32,000 nt of DNA from a virus: positions 40,961 through 72,960 of the IMG/VR virus record IMGVR_UViG_3300045988_133377; one strand, 5' to 3'. Each line of letters starts with the position of its first letter. Position 1 is the first letter of the stretch. The notes beneath the pieces were generated by a model. That model was not told the DNA's origin and did no database searches. It worked only from the letters and a program-made list of their open reading frames with translations. Made by a program: the position numbers and the translations under genes. Below, piece after piece: positions 1 to 7,787 of this stretch.

Positions 1-55
1 GTGGAAGGAAATTAATATGAATTTTAACTTTCTTTTGATGATTGGAGGTAGAAAA

Positions 56-490
56 ATGGAAAATAAAAATTTAAACTGTTATGGATATTTATTAAATTGT
101 CCAGAAGAAATGCTCGTAGATATCAATGAAACAATGAAAGATAAACAAACAACTATAAATTGGAACAATTTTAAGGTTGGTGATGCTTTTTATGCAGAAA
201 ATACTTACAGATGTGTAATGGTAGATCACGTCATGAAAAGAATTATGTTTGTAACTGAAGAGGAATATAAAAATGAGTTTGAATTAAGATATAATAACAA
301 TAAATATAAAAAGCCAGATATGAGAGAAAAGATAAAAGAATATATTGGTGAACTTGATACAGAAATTGATAGGCTTGAGGGTTTATTAAAAAATACTGAT
401 AGTCCATATGATTTACAGATTAAAGGTAGGCTGAATGCAATAATCGAAGTGAAGAATGATTTACTTGGTAGATTAGAAGAGGCGACATAG
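56..490 (+). CDS. hypothetical protein
   Basis: ORF 17..490; the ATG at 56 is preceded by GGAGG, so it is preferred over the upstream start. Confidence 0.6.
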   Translation: MENKNLNCYGYLLNCPEEMLVDINETMKDKQTTINWNNFKVGDAFYAENTYRCVMVDHVMKRIMFVTEEEYKNEFELRYNNNKYKKPDMREKIKEYIGELDTEIDRLEGLLKNTDSPYDLQIKGRLNAIIEVKNDLLGRLEEAT

Positions 491-657
491 GTGGCAAGAA
501 TAATAGATAAGCCAAATAAAATAAAAGTGAAACTCATTGTAGAAGTAGAAGCAGAATTCTATGATGATGAGTCATCAGAAGAAACATTAAGATATTGTGT
601 TGAACAAGACTTGGAAGATGCAGGATTCAATGTTATTGATGTTTCAGTCATGAAATG
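490..657 (+). CDS. small hypothetical protein (55 aa)
   Basis: GTG-start ORF (VARIIDKPNKIKVKLIVEVEAEFYDDE...) closely coupled to the previous stop. Confidence 0.4.
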
Positions 658-692
658 ACGATTTTATGGTTATGGAAAGCAGGTGATATAAA

Positions 693-1226
693 TTGAAAAT
701 AACAAGATTTAAAGATGTTCCTCAACTGACAAGAGCTGGAACGTACAATATTAATATTCCATTAACTCATATTTTAAAAACGCTTTCAGAATGGGAAGAA
801 GATGAATATTATCGTTTACAATTAAATCCTAATTTTCAACGTGGACATGTATGGACAGAAAATCAACAAATTGCATATGTTGAATTTCTACTACGTGGAG
901 GAAAATCAGCAAAGGTAATCTATTTTAATAAACCAAGTTGGCAGACGACTGAACCTATTAATGGATATGATGATTTTGTATGTGTTGATGGTTTGCAAAG
1001 AATTACAGCGGTAACTAAATTTTTAAAAAATGAAATTAAAGTCTTTGGCAGTTACTATAAAGATTTTGAGGATAAAATACCTCTCAGTGTAGACCTGATT
1101 TTCAATGTAAATGATCTTAAAAGTGAAAAAGAAGTTCTTCAATGGTATATTGATATGAATGCTGGTGGAACACCTCATACAAATGAAGAGATTGAACGAG
1201 TAAAACAGATGATTGAAGAGTTATAA
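693..1226 (+). CDS. DUF262 / ParB-Srx-like domain protein
   Basis: Contains LNPNFQRGHVWTENQQIAYVEFLLRGG and CVDGLQRITAV, typical of DUF262 N-terminal domains. Confidence 0.75.
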   Translation: MKITRFKDVPQLTRAGTYNINIPLTHILKTLSEWEEDEYYRLQLNPNFQRGHVWTENQQIAYVEFLLRGGKSAKVIYFNKPSWQTTEPINGYDDFVCVDGLQRITAVTKFLKNEIKVFGSYYKDFEDKIPLSVDLIFNVNDLKSEKEVLQWYIDMNAGGTPHTNEEIERVKQMIEEL

Positions 1227-1473
1227 TGTAGGTGACAAGATGGGAAGACAAATTGATTTTTATAATTATTTTGAGAATGCATCAGATAACGAATTAAGAA
1301 CATATTATCAGCAATACAAAGATTTTCAACAAACAGGTGTTATTCCGGAAGGATGTGAGTTGCGTAAGGCAGCAGATGAATATATCGGTAGAATTTCTGG
1401 TGCATGGACAGTTCCATTTACAACCGATTTATTGGAAACCATTGCTGATCGTTGGGTGGAGGGAAATAAATGA
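1213..1473 (+). CDS. hypothetical protein
   Basis: ORF overlapping the end of the upstream ORF in a compact gene cluster. Confidence 0.45.
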   Translation: MKSYNVGDKMGRQIDFYNYFENASDNELRTYYQQYKDFQQTGVIPEGCELRKAADEYIGRISGAWTVPFTTDLLETIADRWVEGNK

Positions 1474-1649
1474 AGAAGAATTTATATATCGTAAAGGACA
1501 TTCCGCAATACGCAGAAGGCACATCAAGTTATTGTTATGTAGTCAGAGCAACAAGTTATGATGAAGCAATAGAAATAGTTAGAATTAAAACAGGTTATAA
1601 TTTTGAATTTGATGCTTCTTTGGCTGATAATGATGATGTATGGGAATGA
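1470..1649 (+). CDS. small hypothetical protein (59 aa)
   Basis: ATGA-coupled ORF MKKNLYIVKDIPQYAEGTSSYCYVVRATSYDEAIEIV..., not in the supplied track. Confidence 0.45.
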   Translation: MKKNLYIVKDIPQYAEGTSSYCYVVRATSYDEAIEIVRIKTGYNFEFDASLADNDDVWE

Positions 1650-1674
1650 AAAATTGCTTTCATGGGAGATATAA

Positions 1675-1881
1675 ATGGGAAGAAGTATTTATTTTACGGA
1701 TAGAGAATTACAACAGGTTATAGATTATGTATCTGATGCAGTAGAAATTTTGGGCGAAGCATCTGAAACATATGAACAAGTAGACAAAGATATGGAAGAT
1801 GGGTTGGGATCTGCTTTACGGAAATTATATAAAGGATGCAATGGAGAGTCTAAATACGCAAAGTATAAAACAAAAAGGTAG
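1675..1881 (+). CDS. hypothetical protein
   Basis: ORF; Asp/Glu-rich small protein. Confidence 0.4.
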   Translation: MGRSIYFTDRELQQVIDYVSDAVEILGEASETYEQVDKDMEDGLGSALRKLYKGCNGESKYAKYKTKR

Positions 1882-1883
1882 AA

Positions 1884-2177
1884 TTGCTTTTAATGATAGA
1901 TTGGGATGGTTATATGAAAAGAATTAAAATGAAAGATAATGCAACAAAATTTATATGGGATGGAGATAACTGTGTAGGCAAATACACAGAACTTATAGAA
2001 CAGTACCATTATGATTCAGAAGAAGAAAAGATGGAACATAAAATAGAAATGGAATTAAATGGGTGGAATGATTCAGGACAGGTTATGGATATGATAAGTG
2101 GTTCTTTCATGCCTGGAGCTAAAAATCCTCCCGTACATGTTTGGTTTGGAAGTTATTATAAAATAATTAGAGAGTAG
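1884..2177 (+). CDS. hypothetical protein
   Basis: ORF only; the start may be the ATG at about 1905. Confidence 0.35.
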   Translation: MLLMIDWDGYMKRIKMKDNATKFIWDGDNCVGKYTELIEQYHYDSEEEKMEHKIEMELNGWNDSGQVMDMISGSFMPGAKNPPVHVWFGSYYKIIRE

Positions 2178-2384
2178 ATGAAAGATTGTTTTCATAGGAG
2201 GTGTAATATGAATAATAAGGCTATTTGTAGAAAAACAGATGAACATTTTACAGAAGGAAAAGAATATGAATGTACAGCAGCTTACGCAAGATATGAAAGT
2301 GCAGTTGTAGATATTCTTGACAACAACAAAGAACTCATTACAGTTGAAATAAATGATGCAGATTTTCAATTTATTTTTAATTAA
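2178..2384 (+). CDS. hypothetical protein
   Basis: ORF; the likely start is an internal ATG after AGGAGG-like sequence near 2200. Confidence 0.35.
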   Translation: MKDCFHRRCNMNNKAICRKTDEHFTEGKEYECTAAYARYESAVVDILDNNKELITVEINDADFQFIFN

Positions 2385-2421
2385 TAAAACAGACATTTTA
2401 AGTGAAAATGGAGATGGTTAA

Positions 2422-2655
2422 ATGGATTTAGATAATATAACCGATATTGAAGTTTTGAAAAGTGCATTAAAAAAGTACATGGTTCAAATGAAAAAAGATG
2501 CACATTCAAATGATGGCACGGATTATCTTTTTAAAGAAGGGCTTTGGTATTATGTTACTCAAGATGAAACAGGTGTGACAATTTATTCAGATAATATGGA
2601 ACACGATTGTATTTTTGATTATGATACCGCAAAGAGATATTTAAATGTAGGATAA
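2422..2655 (+). CDS. hypothetical protein
   Basis: ORF only. Confidence 0.35.
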   Translation: MDLDNITDIEVLKSALKKYMVQMKKDAHSNDGTDYLFKEGLWYYVTQDETGVTIYSDNMEHDCIFDYDTAKRYLNVG

Positions 2656-2714
2656 AAAATTAAATAAAGGTTGGTTTCATTGATGGCTTTGTGTATTGAG
2701 TGTGTATAAAAACG

Positions 2715-2742
2715 TTGACATTACACAATAAGTGTGTATAAT
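2715..2742 (+). promoter_or_regulatory. Sigma-A-type promoter for hicAB, with 11-nt direct repeats AGTGTGTATAA at 2699-2709 and 2731-2741
   Basis: TTGACA (2715-2720), 16 nt, TATAAT (2737-2742), followed by AAGGAGG and the hicA start. Confidence 0.75.
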
Positions 2743-2766
2743 ATATGTATAAGGAGGCAGACACCC

Positions 2767-2940
2767 ATGAAAAGAACGGAATTAGTCAGTAGACTAGAAA
2801 AAGGTGGTTTTGTCTTTGAGAGGCACGGTGGCAGTCATGACATATATGTTCGGGGAAACGTGAAAGAAACAATTCCGAGACATAAAGAAATTGATGAGCG
2901 TTTGGCAAAGGCAATACTAAAGAGAAATGGACTTTTATAG
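2767..2940 (+). CDS. hicA: HicA-family toxin (mRNA interferase)
   Basis: MKRTELVSRLEKGGFVFERHGGSHDIYVRG...IPRHKEIDERLAKAILK, the characteristic G-GSH and P-H-E-I signature; start corrected to 2767. Confidence 0.9.
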   Translation: MKRTELVSRLEKGGFVFERHGGSHDIYVRGNVKETIPRHKEIDERLAKAILKRNGLL

Positions 2941-2999
2941 TCCATTATTTCTTTAGTATCATATGAATATCAATAATTAGAGAATGGAGGTTTAAAAAG

Positions 3000-3419
3000 A
3001 TGAAAAATGTATATCCTGTATTCTTTACAAAAACAAATGAAGATATATTAGTTGAAGTTCCAGATTTTGGAATTTTAACAGAAGGTAAGGATATGAATGA
3101 TGCCATGAATATGGCACGAGACGCAATTGAATTAAAATGTGTATCAATGGAAGATGATAAAGAAGAAATTCCAACACCATCTGAACTTAAAGAATTAAAT
3201 CCGGCAAATGGAACCTTTGCAGACGATGGAGAAACCGTGGTCTCATTTGTAGATATTGATTCTACATTATATAGAAAGAAAATTGATACAAAAACTGTAA
3301 GAAGAAATGTTGCCTTACCAAGCTGGTTAAATTATGCTGCGGATCAAGCAGGAATTAACGTGTCACGGATTTTACAGGAAGCACTTATGAGAACATTAAA
3401 AGTGGAGAATAGGATGTAG
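3000..3419 (+). CDS. hicB: HicB-family antitoxin
   Basis: Partial RNase-H-like HicB domain (YPVFFTKTNEDILVEVPDFGILTEGKDMNDAMNMARDAIE) plus a C-terminal ribbon-helix-helix-like region. Confidence 0.88.
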   Translation: MKNVYPVFFTKTNEDILVEVPDFGILTEGKDMNDAMNMARDAIELKCVSMEDDKEEIPTPSELKELNPANGTFADDGETVVSFVDIDSTLYRKKIDTKTVRRNVALPSWLNYAADQAGINVSRILQEALMRTLKVENRM

Positions 3420-3423
3420 CTTA

Positions 3424-3576
3424 ATGGAAAATTATATGAATCCGCCTGTTGATTACCAGTGGACTGATCGGGATATTATAAACGAATATCAACGCTGTCA
3501 AGATAAGAAACAAGTGGCAAAGATATATCTGATCAGTGTAAAGGAAGTGACGGAAATCCTAAAACGGAATAAGTAA
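3424..3576 (+). CDS. small hypothetical protein (50 aa)
   Basis: ORF MENYMNPPVDYQWTDRDIINEYQRCQDKKQVAKIYLISVKEVTEILKRNK directly after hicB. Confidence 0.35.
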   Translation: MENYMNPPVDYQWTDRDIINEYQRCQDKKQVAKIYLISVKEVTEILKRNK

Positions 3577-3590
3577 ATATGGTTCTTATG

Positions 3591-3622
3591 TAGAAGTAGA
3601 GAAATCTGCTTCTATTTTTTTT
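3591..3622 (+). terminator. Rho-independent terminator
   Basis: TAGAAGTAGA-GAAA-TCTGCTTCTA (10-bp stem with one G-T pair, GAAA loop) followed by a T tract. Confidence 0.85.
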
Positions 3623-3685
3623 ATTTACGCAAAAATTGAAATCAATATGGAGAATACATAGATAGGAAACTATTGGAGGTATAAA

Positions 3686-4237
3686 ATGCAATACATAATA
3701 ACTAACGGTGAGAAATATTTGAAGCAGGGAATAGATTCACGGTTTTTGGCTGTGGATAATCTCAATGATGCTTCGACATGGCAGGTTAAAGAGAAAGCAG
3801 ATAATGTAGTAAAATCTTGTTCATTATGTAAAGTTTATAATATGGAAGTGATTGAGCTTATAGCAAAAGATATTGAAGACACACCTGTTAGCTACAACCT
3901 GGAAGAGAAAATAAAAGAAATTGAGAAATTTACAGAAGAACTTCAAAGTCGAAGAATTATAGTTCTAAAGCTAATACAACGAGAAGATTTAAAAATTGTT
4001 GATATTGAACATGCTGCTGAATTCCAAAATTTAGGTGCAGCTGATGGATATAAGATTTACAAATTACTACATGACTGCAAATGCAGAAGAAGGGATTATA
4101 AAAATGAGCTGAGGCAGATAGATGGTATTCTTGGTAAAACATTAAATGCAAAAGGAATTATATGTATGAAAAAAGCAATAAAAAGTGTACAGGAACAGAA
4201 ATATGAGCCTCGGATTTTAAAAGAATTATTTCAGTAA
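3686..4237 (+). CDS. hypothetical protein
   Basis: ORF with coiled-coil-like composition, preceded by GGAGGT. Confidence 0.5.
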   Translation: MQYIITNGEKYLKQGIDSRFLAVDNLNDASTWQVKEKADNVVKSCSLCKVYNMEVIELIAKDIEDTPVSYNLEEKIKEIEKFTEELQSRRIIVLKLIQREDLKIVDIEHAAEFQNLGAADGYKIYKLLHDCKCRRRDYKNELRQIDGILGKTLNAKGIICMKKAIKSVQEQKYEPRILKELFQ

Positions 4238-4243
4238 AGGAGA

Positions 4244-5251
4244 ATGATTATGGAAGAAAAAAGTAGATATGCAACAAAGAAAAAAGGTAAAACAGAAGTT
4301 CAGCCATTATGGAATATGGAAGATATTAAAGCGGTTATAGAATGGTTTGAGAAAAAAGAAGATTGGGATGGATATTTTATCACCATGTTAGAGCTTCTTC
4401 TTGGTAGACGTATTGGTGATACTATCTCTATGAAGTGGTCTGATCTGTATTATGAAAACGGAAAGAGAAAAGAAGCAATTAACACTATTGTAGAACAGAA
4501 GACAGGGAAAGTCACTGAATTGCCAGTAAGTCATATGACATATGAAGCAATGGATATTTATTTGGACCATACTGGCGTTGATCCAATGCAGCATTACGAT
4601 GAATTCATTTTTAAATATGAAGCGAAAACTGCGTGGATTCAGAGACATGATAATCCTGTGTATGATAACACAGATATAGAAGAATGGTGCAGATTCTTAG
4701 GAAAGGATTTCACGGAAGATCGTAAACAGAAAATCTTAAAGGATTTTGAAAGGCAAAAAGAGTATAAAACATTAGGTGGCTATTTGTATTATGAAGTAGA
4801 ATGGAACGACATTGTGAAGTGGCAGTCTGATGATTATAGGAAGAAACTAAAACAGGCTGCGAAAGCTATTGGTATCACAACTCCAGTCAGTACACATAGC
4901 CTTCGGAAGTCGCTAGGATACTGGGTATATAAAATGCATATGTTCGATCCCAACTGTTTATTAACACTACAGAAACTCTTTAACCACGCAGATCTTCAGA
5001 CAACTATGATTTATATTGGTTTAGTAGAAGAACAGAAGAGAAGATATTTGGAAGATCATGGTGAGTTTATCAAGAATGTCCTGGCTGGTAAGGGAGATGA
5101 AATCATCAAAAACATGCCGGTCATTTCATTAAAATCAAACGACTTTGGAAATGTAATTATGAATGTTATCAAGGGAATGCAGGAAGGCAAAGAAGCAGTT
5201 GAGGTTTACCAGATTGCTATTAACATGGCAAATGAGAAGCGAATTGCGTAA
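4244..5251 (+). CDS. Tyrosine recombinase/integrase-like protein
   Basis: LLGRRIGDTISMKWSDL...THSLRKSLGYWVYK...LQKLFNHADLQTTMIYIGL, catalytic Arg boxes and C-terminal Tyr region of phage integrases. Confidence 0.8.
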   Translation: MIMEEKSRYATKKKGKTEVQPLWNMEDIKAVIEWFEKKEDWDGYFITMLELLLGRRIGDTISMKWSDLYYENGKRKEAINTIVEQKTGKVTELPVSHMTYEAMDIYLDHTGVDPMQHYDEFIFKYEAKTAWIQRHDNPVYDNTDIEEWCRFLGKDFTEDRKQKILKDFERQKEYKTLGGYLYYEVEWNDIVKWQSDDYRKKLKQAAKAIGITTPVSTHSLRKSLGYWVYKMHMFDPNCLLTLQKLFNHADLQTTMIYIGLVEEQKRRYLEDHGEFIKNVLAGKGDEIIKNMPVISLKSNDFGNVIMNVIKGMQEGKEAVEVYQIAINMANEKRIA

Positions 5252-5256
5252 AAGGA

Positions 5257-5283
5257 AAGCGGTGCTATTTTTTAGCATCGCTT
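5257..5283. terminator. Convergent-gene hairpin
   Basis: AAGCGGTGCTA-TTTTT-TAGCATCGCTT, 11-bp stem between convergent ORFs; no strong T tail on the + strand. Confidence 0.55.
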
Positions 5284-5750
5284 AACTCTTTAATTTGTTC
5301 TAGCAATTTATCATATTTTTCATTTGAAATAATAGTATGTCTGCGCATAAAAGAATGTACTATTTGGTTGGCAACATCTTGAGCTATCTGCGCCATTTTT
5401 TCTTCGTCTTTTGTATCAACATTTACTTTTATAGGAGTGCTTGGATCATTCGGATTATTTAAACTAACAGTAAATGTTGATCCCGAAGAATTTTCTTTTG
5501 GATAGGCAATGTCGAAAATAGCGTCAGGAGAGTCATGCCATTTTACTATGTCATCATTAACAAGAATATCATTTGGTGTACAGTGAAAAGTATCACATAA
5601 AGAAGTAAGGACATCAAAATTTATTCGTGTCGTTTCACTAGAGTATAATTGTTTTGCAGGATTATAATTTACACCTATTGCCTTAGCAAATTTGTTGATA
5701 TTACCGTCAAACATGACATCTACATATTTTTTTATATTAAGTCTATACAT
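5265..5750 (-). CDS. XRE/Cro-CI-like HTH regulator
   Basis: N-terminal HTH-like NKFAKAIGVNYNPAKQLYSSETTRINFDVLTSLCDTFHCTPNDILV; divergent from the toxin-like gene. Confidence 0.65.
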   Translation of the reverse strand: MYRLNIKKYVDVMFDGNINKFAKAIGVNYNPAKQLYSSETTRINFDVLTSLCDTFHCTPNDILVNDDIVKWHDSPDAIFDIAYPKENSSGSTFTVSLNNPNDPSTPIKVNVDTKDEEKMAQIAQDVANQIVHSFMRRHTIISNEKYDKLLEQIKELSDAKK

Positions 5751-5841
5751 GCATAACCTCTATATAAAAGAGAAAATTAACGTCTACAATAACAGTATAC
5801 AATAAAAAAGTGAAAAAGTAAATTAATGTCTACAATAACAC

Positions 5842-5870
5842 TTGACATTAATTGTAGAGTGTAATATACT
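5842..5870 (+). promoter_or_regulatory. Sigma-A-type promoter upstream of MazF-like gene
   Basis: TTGACA (5842-5847), 17 nt, TATACT (5865-5870); 20-nt repeats AATTAA[C/T]GTCTACAATAACA at 5775-5794 and 5821-5840 in the divergent region. Confidence 0.75.
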
Positions 5871-5916
5871 AAAATTGTTCAAAGAAATGAATACTAAAGG
5901 AAAGGAGGATGCAGAA

Positions 5917-6276
5917 GTGGAAGGCGGTTATAAGAAGTTTGATGTAGTATTAGTAGATTTTGGTGAAGAAATATTAGCTGGCGAACAAGGTGGCATTAGA
6001 CCGGCAGTGATTGTACAGAATAATATAGGAAATAGGTATAGTGTTTCTACGGTTGTGATGCCGTTTACGTCACAACCCAAAAGTTTAAAGCAGTCTACGC
6101 ATTCTCTTTTTCCTGCGAATGAAAAATATGGTTTAACAAAAGACTCCTATCTTTTAGGAGAATGTATTAGACAGGCTTCTGAACGCAGAATTATAAAAAA
6201 AATGGGAACCATTTCTGACAATGCTGGTAGAGAAGAAGTAAAAAGAGTTTACTTCTCAAATTGGGGAAATGACTAG
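5917..6276 (+). CDS. MazF/PemK-like toxin
   Basis: VEGGYKKFDVVLVDFGEEILAGEQGGIRPAVIVQNNIGNRYSVSTVVMPFTSQ...; GTG at 5917 sits 8 nt after GGAGG. The track start at 5842 coincides with the -35 box and is rejected. Confidence 0.85.
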   Translation: MEGGYKKFDVVLVDFGEEILAGEQGGIRPAVIVQNNIGNRYSVSTVVMPFTSQPKSLKQSTHSLFPANEKYGLTKDSYLLGECIRQASERRIIKKMGTISDNAGREEVKRVYFSNWGND

Positions 6277-6285
6277 GAGGATATT

Positions 6286-6564
6286 ATGGAGTATATATTA
6301 ATGACAGTAGAAGAGGCAAAGAAGATGGCAAAAAAAGATGCTGTTGTTCTTGTAGCAGTAAATGATTTAGAAAATTCCAAGGATATAAGTGAATTTTCAA
6401 AGAAGAGATTTTTTGAATGTGAGAAAATGATTAAGGAAGCAGAAACCATCGCATCGGTCTGTGATGATTTTATTAGGCAGCTTAGATGTTATACGGAAAG
6501 ACAAGATGCATTTCCTGATCTAAGACTAAAAGGGAAGGAGAGTGTGATCCTTTTGCGGGAATAA
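6286..6564 (+). CDS. hypothetical protein
   Basis: ORF MEYILMTVEEAKKMAKKDAVVLVAVND...; the start may be the internal ATG (MTVEEAKK). Confidence 0.45.
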   Translation: MEYILMTVEEAKKMAKKDAVVLVAVNDLENSKDISEFSKKRFFECEKMIKEAETIASVCDDFIRQLRCYTERQDAFPDLRLKGKESVILLRE

Positions 6565-6572
6565 AATAATAC

Positions 6573-6624
6573 CGAACAAATGTTCGATAAAGTAGTTGAC
6601 AGAACAAATGTTCGGCTATATAAT
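6573..6624 (+). promoter_or_regulatory. Consensus sigma-A promoter with two LexA/SOS boxes
   Basis: TTGACA (6596-6601), exactly 17 nt, TATAAT (6619-6624); GAACAAATGTTC at 6574-6585 and 6602-6613, matching the Firmicutes GAAC-N4-GTTC LexA box. Confidence 0.8.
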
Positions 6625-6668
6625 AGCAAATGTAAAGAGATTCCAGAAATGGAAACGGAAAATAAAAA

Positions 6669-6723
6669 AAGACTACCATCTGATAATGTGGTTGCCGCCA
6701 CAAAACAGATATACGGTAGTCTT
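6669..6723. other. Nested imperfect inverted repeat / structured element
   Basis: AAGACTACC...GGTAGTCTT (9 bp) enclosing ATCTG...CAGAT (5 bp) and GTGG-TTGCCG-CCAC (4 bp). Confidence 0.55.
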
Positions 6724-6856
6724 AATACATAAGCACCCATCAAGATACTATGCAATACATATTATACTTTGTTTCATTTTATAAATCAAGTTAATCAAAG
6801 CAAGTATCTGCTGAATTTTTCCAAGATCTTTATTTTAAACAAGAGAATATAAGCAT

Positions 6857-6929
6857 AGGGCTGTAGTCAAGCGGTTAAGACACGACACTTTGACTGTCGC
6901 ATACGTGGGTTCAAATCCCACCAGCCCTG
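6857..6929 (+). tRNA. tRNA-Gln (anticodon TTG)
   Basis: Acceptor AGGGCTG/CAGCCCT, D-arm GTC...GAC, anticodon arm CGACA-CTTTGAC-TGTCG, T-arm GTGGG-TTCAAAT-CCCAC. Confidence 0.92.
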
Positions 6930-7063
6930 CTAAATCTTTGTGGACGCACAAAGGTTGTATTTAGTGTACGCAAAATACAAACGTAACCCGTGAACAAAAG
7001 TTTCGAAATTCCTAATTACATTACAAATCACACAATCGGTGGTCAATAAAAGGCTGCCGGTAT

Positions 7064-7133
7064 GGATCGTTAGCTCAGTTGGTCAGAGCAGTTTAACAAG
7101 TAGAAAACGCAGGTTCGAGTCCTGTACGATCCA
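7064..7133 (+). pseudogene. Degenerate tRNA / tRNA-like element
   Basis: Acceptor GGATCGT/ACGATCC, D-stem GCTC/GAGC and T-arm GCAGG-TTCGAGT-CCTGT are intact. Only 18 nt lie between position 26 and the T-stem, and there is no normal 5-bp/7-nt anticodon arm. Confidence 0.55.
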
Positions 7134-7161
7134 TTGACGAAAAAGGAGGGGGAGAATAAAA

Positions 7162-7776
7162 ATGGACTATGTAATCAGAAATAATAGGGGAGTTTACATC
7201 AAAATTGATTCTGGTGGTAGACCAGTATCATGTAATTTCAAAGACAGAACATTGATGGATCGCAACAAGGCGAGAAATATTTTAAATTCATTACCGAAAT
7301 CTTTAAAGAAAATGAAATTCTTCATGGAAGCCATTCCTGAAATCCCTCCGAGAGTAATTGAGACGCCACAGACGTATAAACCATCTGAGAATATTACTCG
7401 TTGGGTGGAACAATTTGGAACCTGCGGAGATATTTTCAACTCGGCTGTAAAACGAAGCAATGAGCTGATCGGTATTCTGTATAATCTTGATAAGGGATTG
7501 CTTAATATCCTTCATTCAATCGAGATTGAGAAGCCGAAAGATTTATATACAGGCTGGCAGCTCTATAAGGCTATCCGTGAAAACCGTACTCAGCGTAGAG
7601 AAACAAAAGATGAAATCCAGATTATCCAGAATGTTCTGACGAATATCAATCCAGAATGTGTTCAACGTGAACGGATTCAAAAAGCCGTGGATGGACTTTT
7701 CCATAGAAAATATACATATCGAATTATCGAAGGAAACGAAGATGATGAGAGTGAAACAGAAATACATAACAATTAG
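7162..7776 (+). CDS. hypothetical protein
   Basis: 204-aa ORF preceded by GGAGG; no family recognised. Confidence 0.6.
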   Translation: MDYVIRNNRGVYIKIDSGGRPVSCNFKDRTLMDRNKARNILNSLPKSLKKMKFFMEAIPEIPPRVIETPQTYKPSENITRWVEQFGTCGDIFNSAVKRSNELIGILYNLDKGLLNILHSIEIEKPKDLYTGWQLYKAIRENRTQRRETKDEIQIIQNVLTNINPECVQRERIQKAVDGLFHRKYTYRIIEGNEDDESETEIHNN

Positions 7777-7787
7777 GTAGGTTCAAT

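Noticed and set aside
226-537. Minus-strand ORF overlapping the first gene
   Set aside because: Antisense shadow ORF with low-complexity composition and no RBS; likewise 2073-2396, 3957-4151, 4388-4648 and 7194-7767.
6596-6784. ORF MTEQMFGYII... in the track
   Set aside because: Its start is the -35 TTGACA of the SOS promoter; it would start upstream of the expected TSS.
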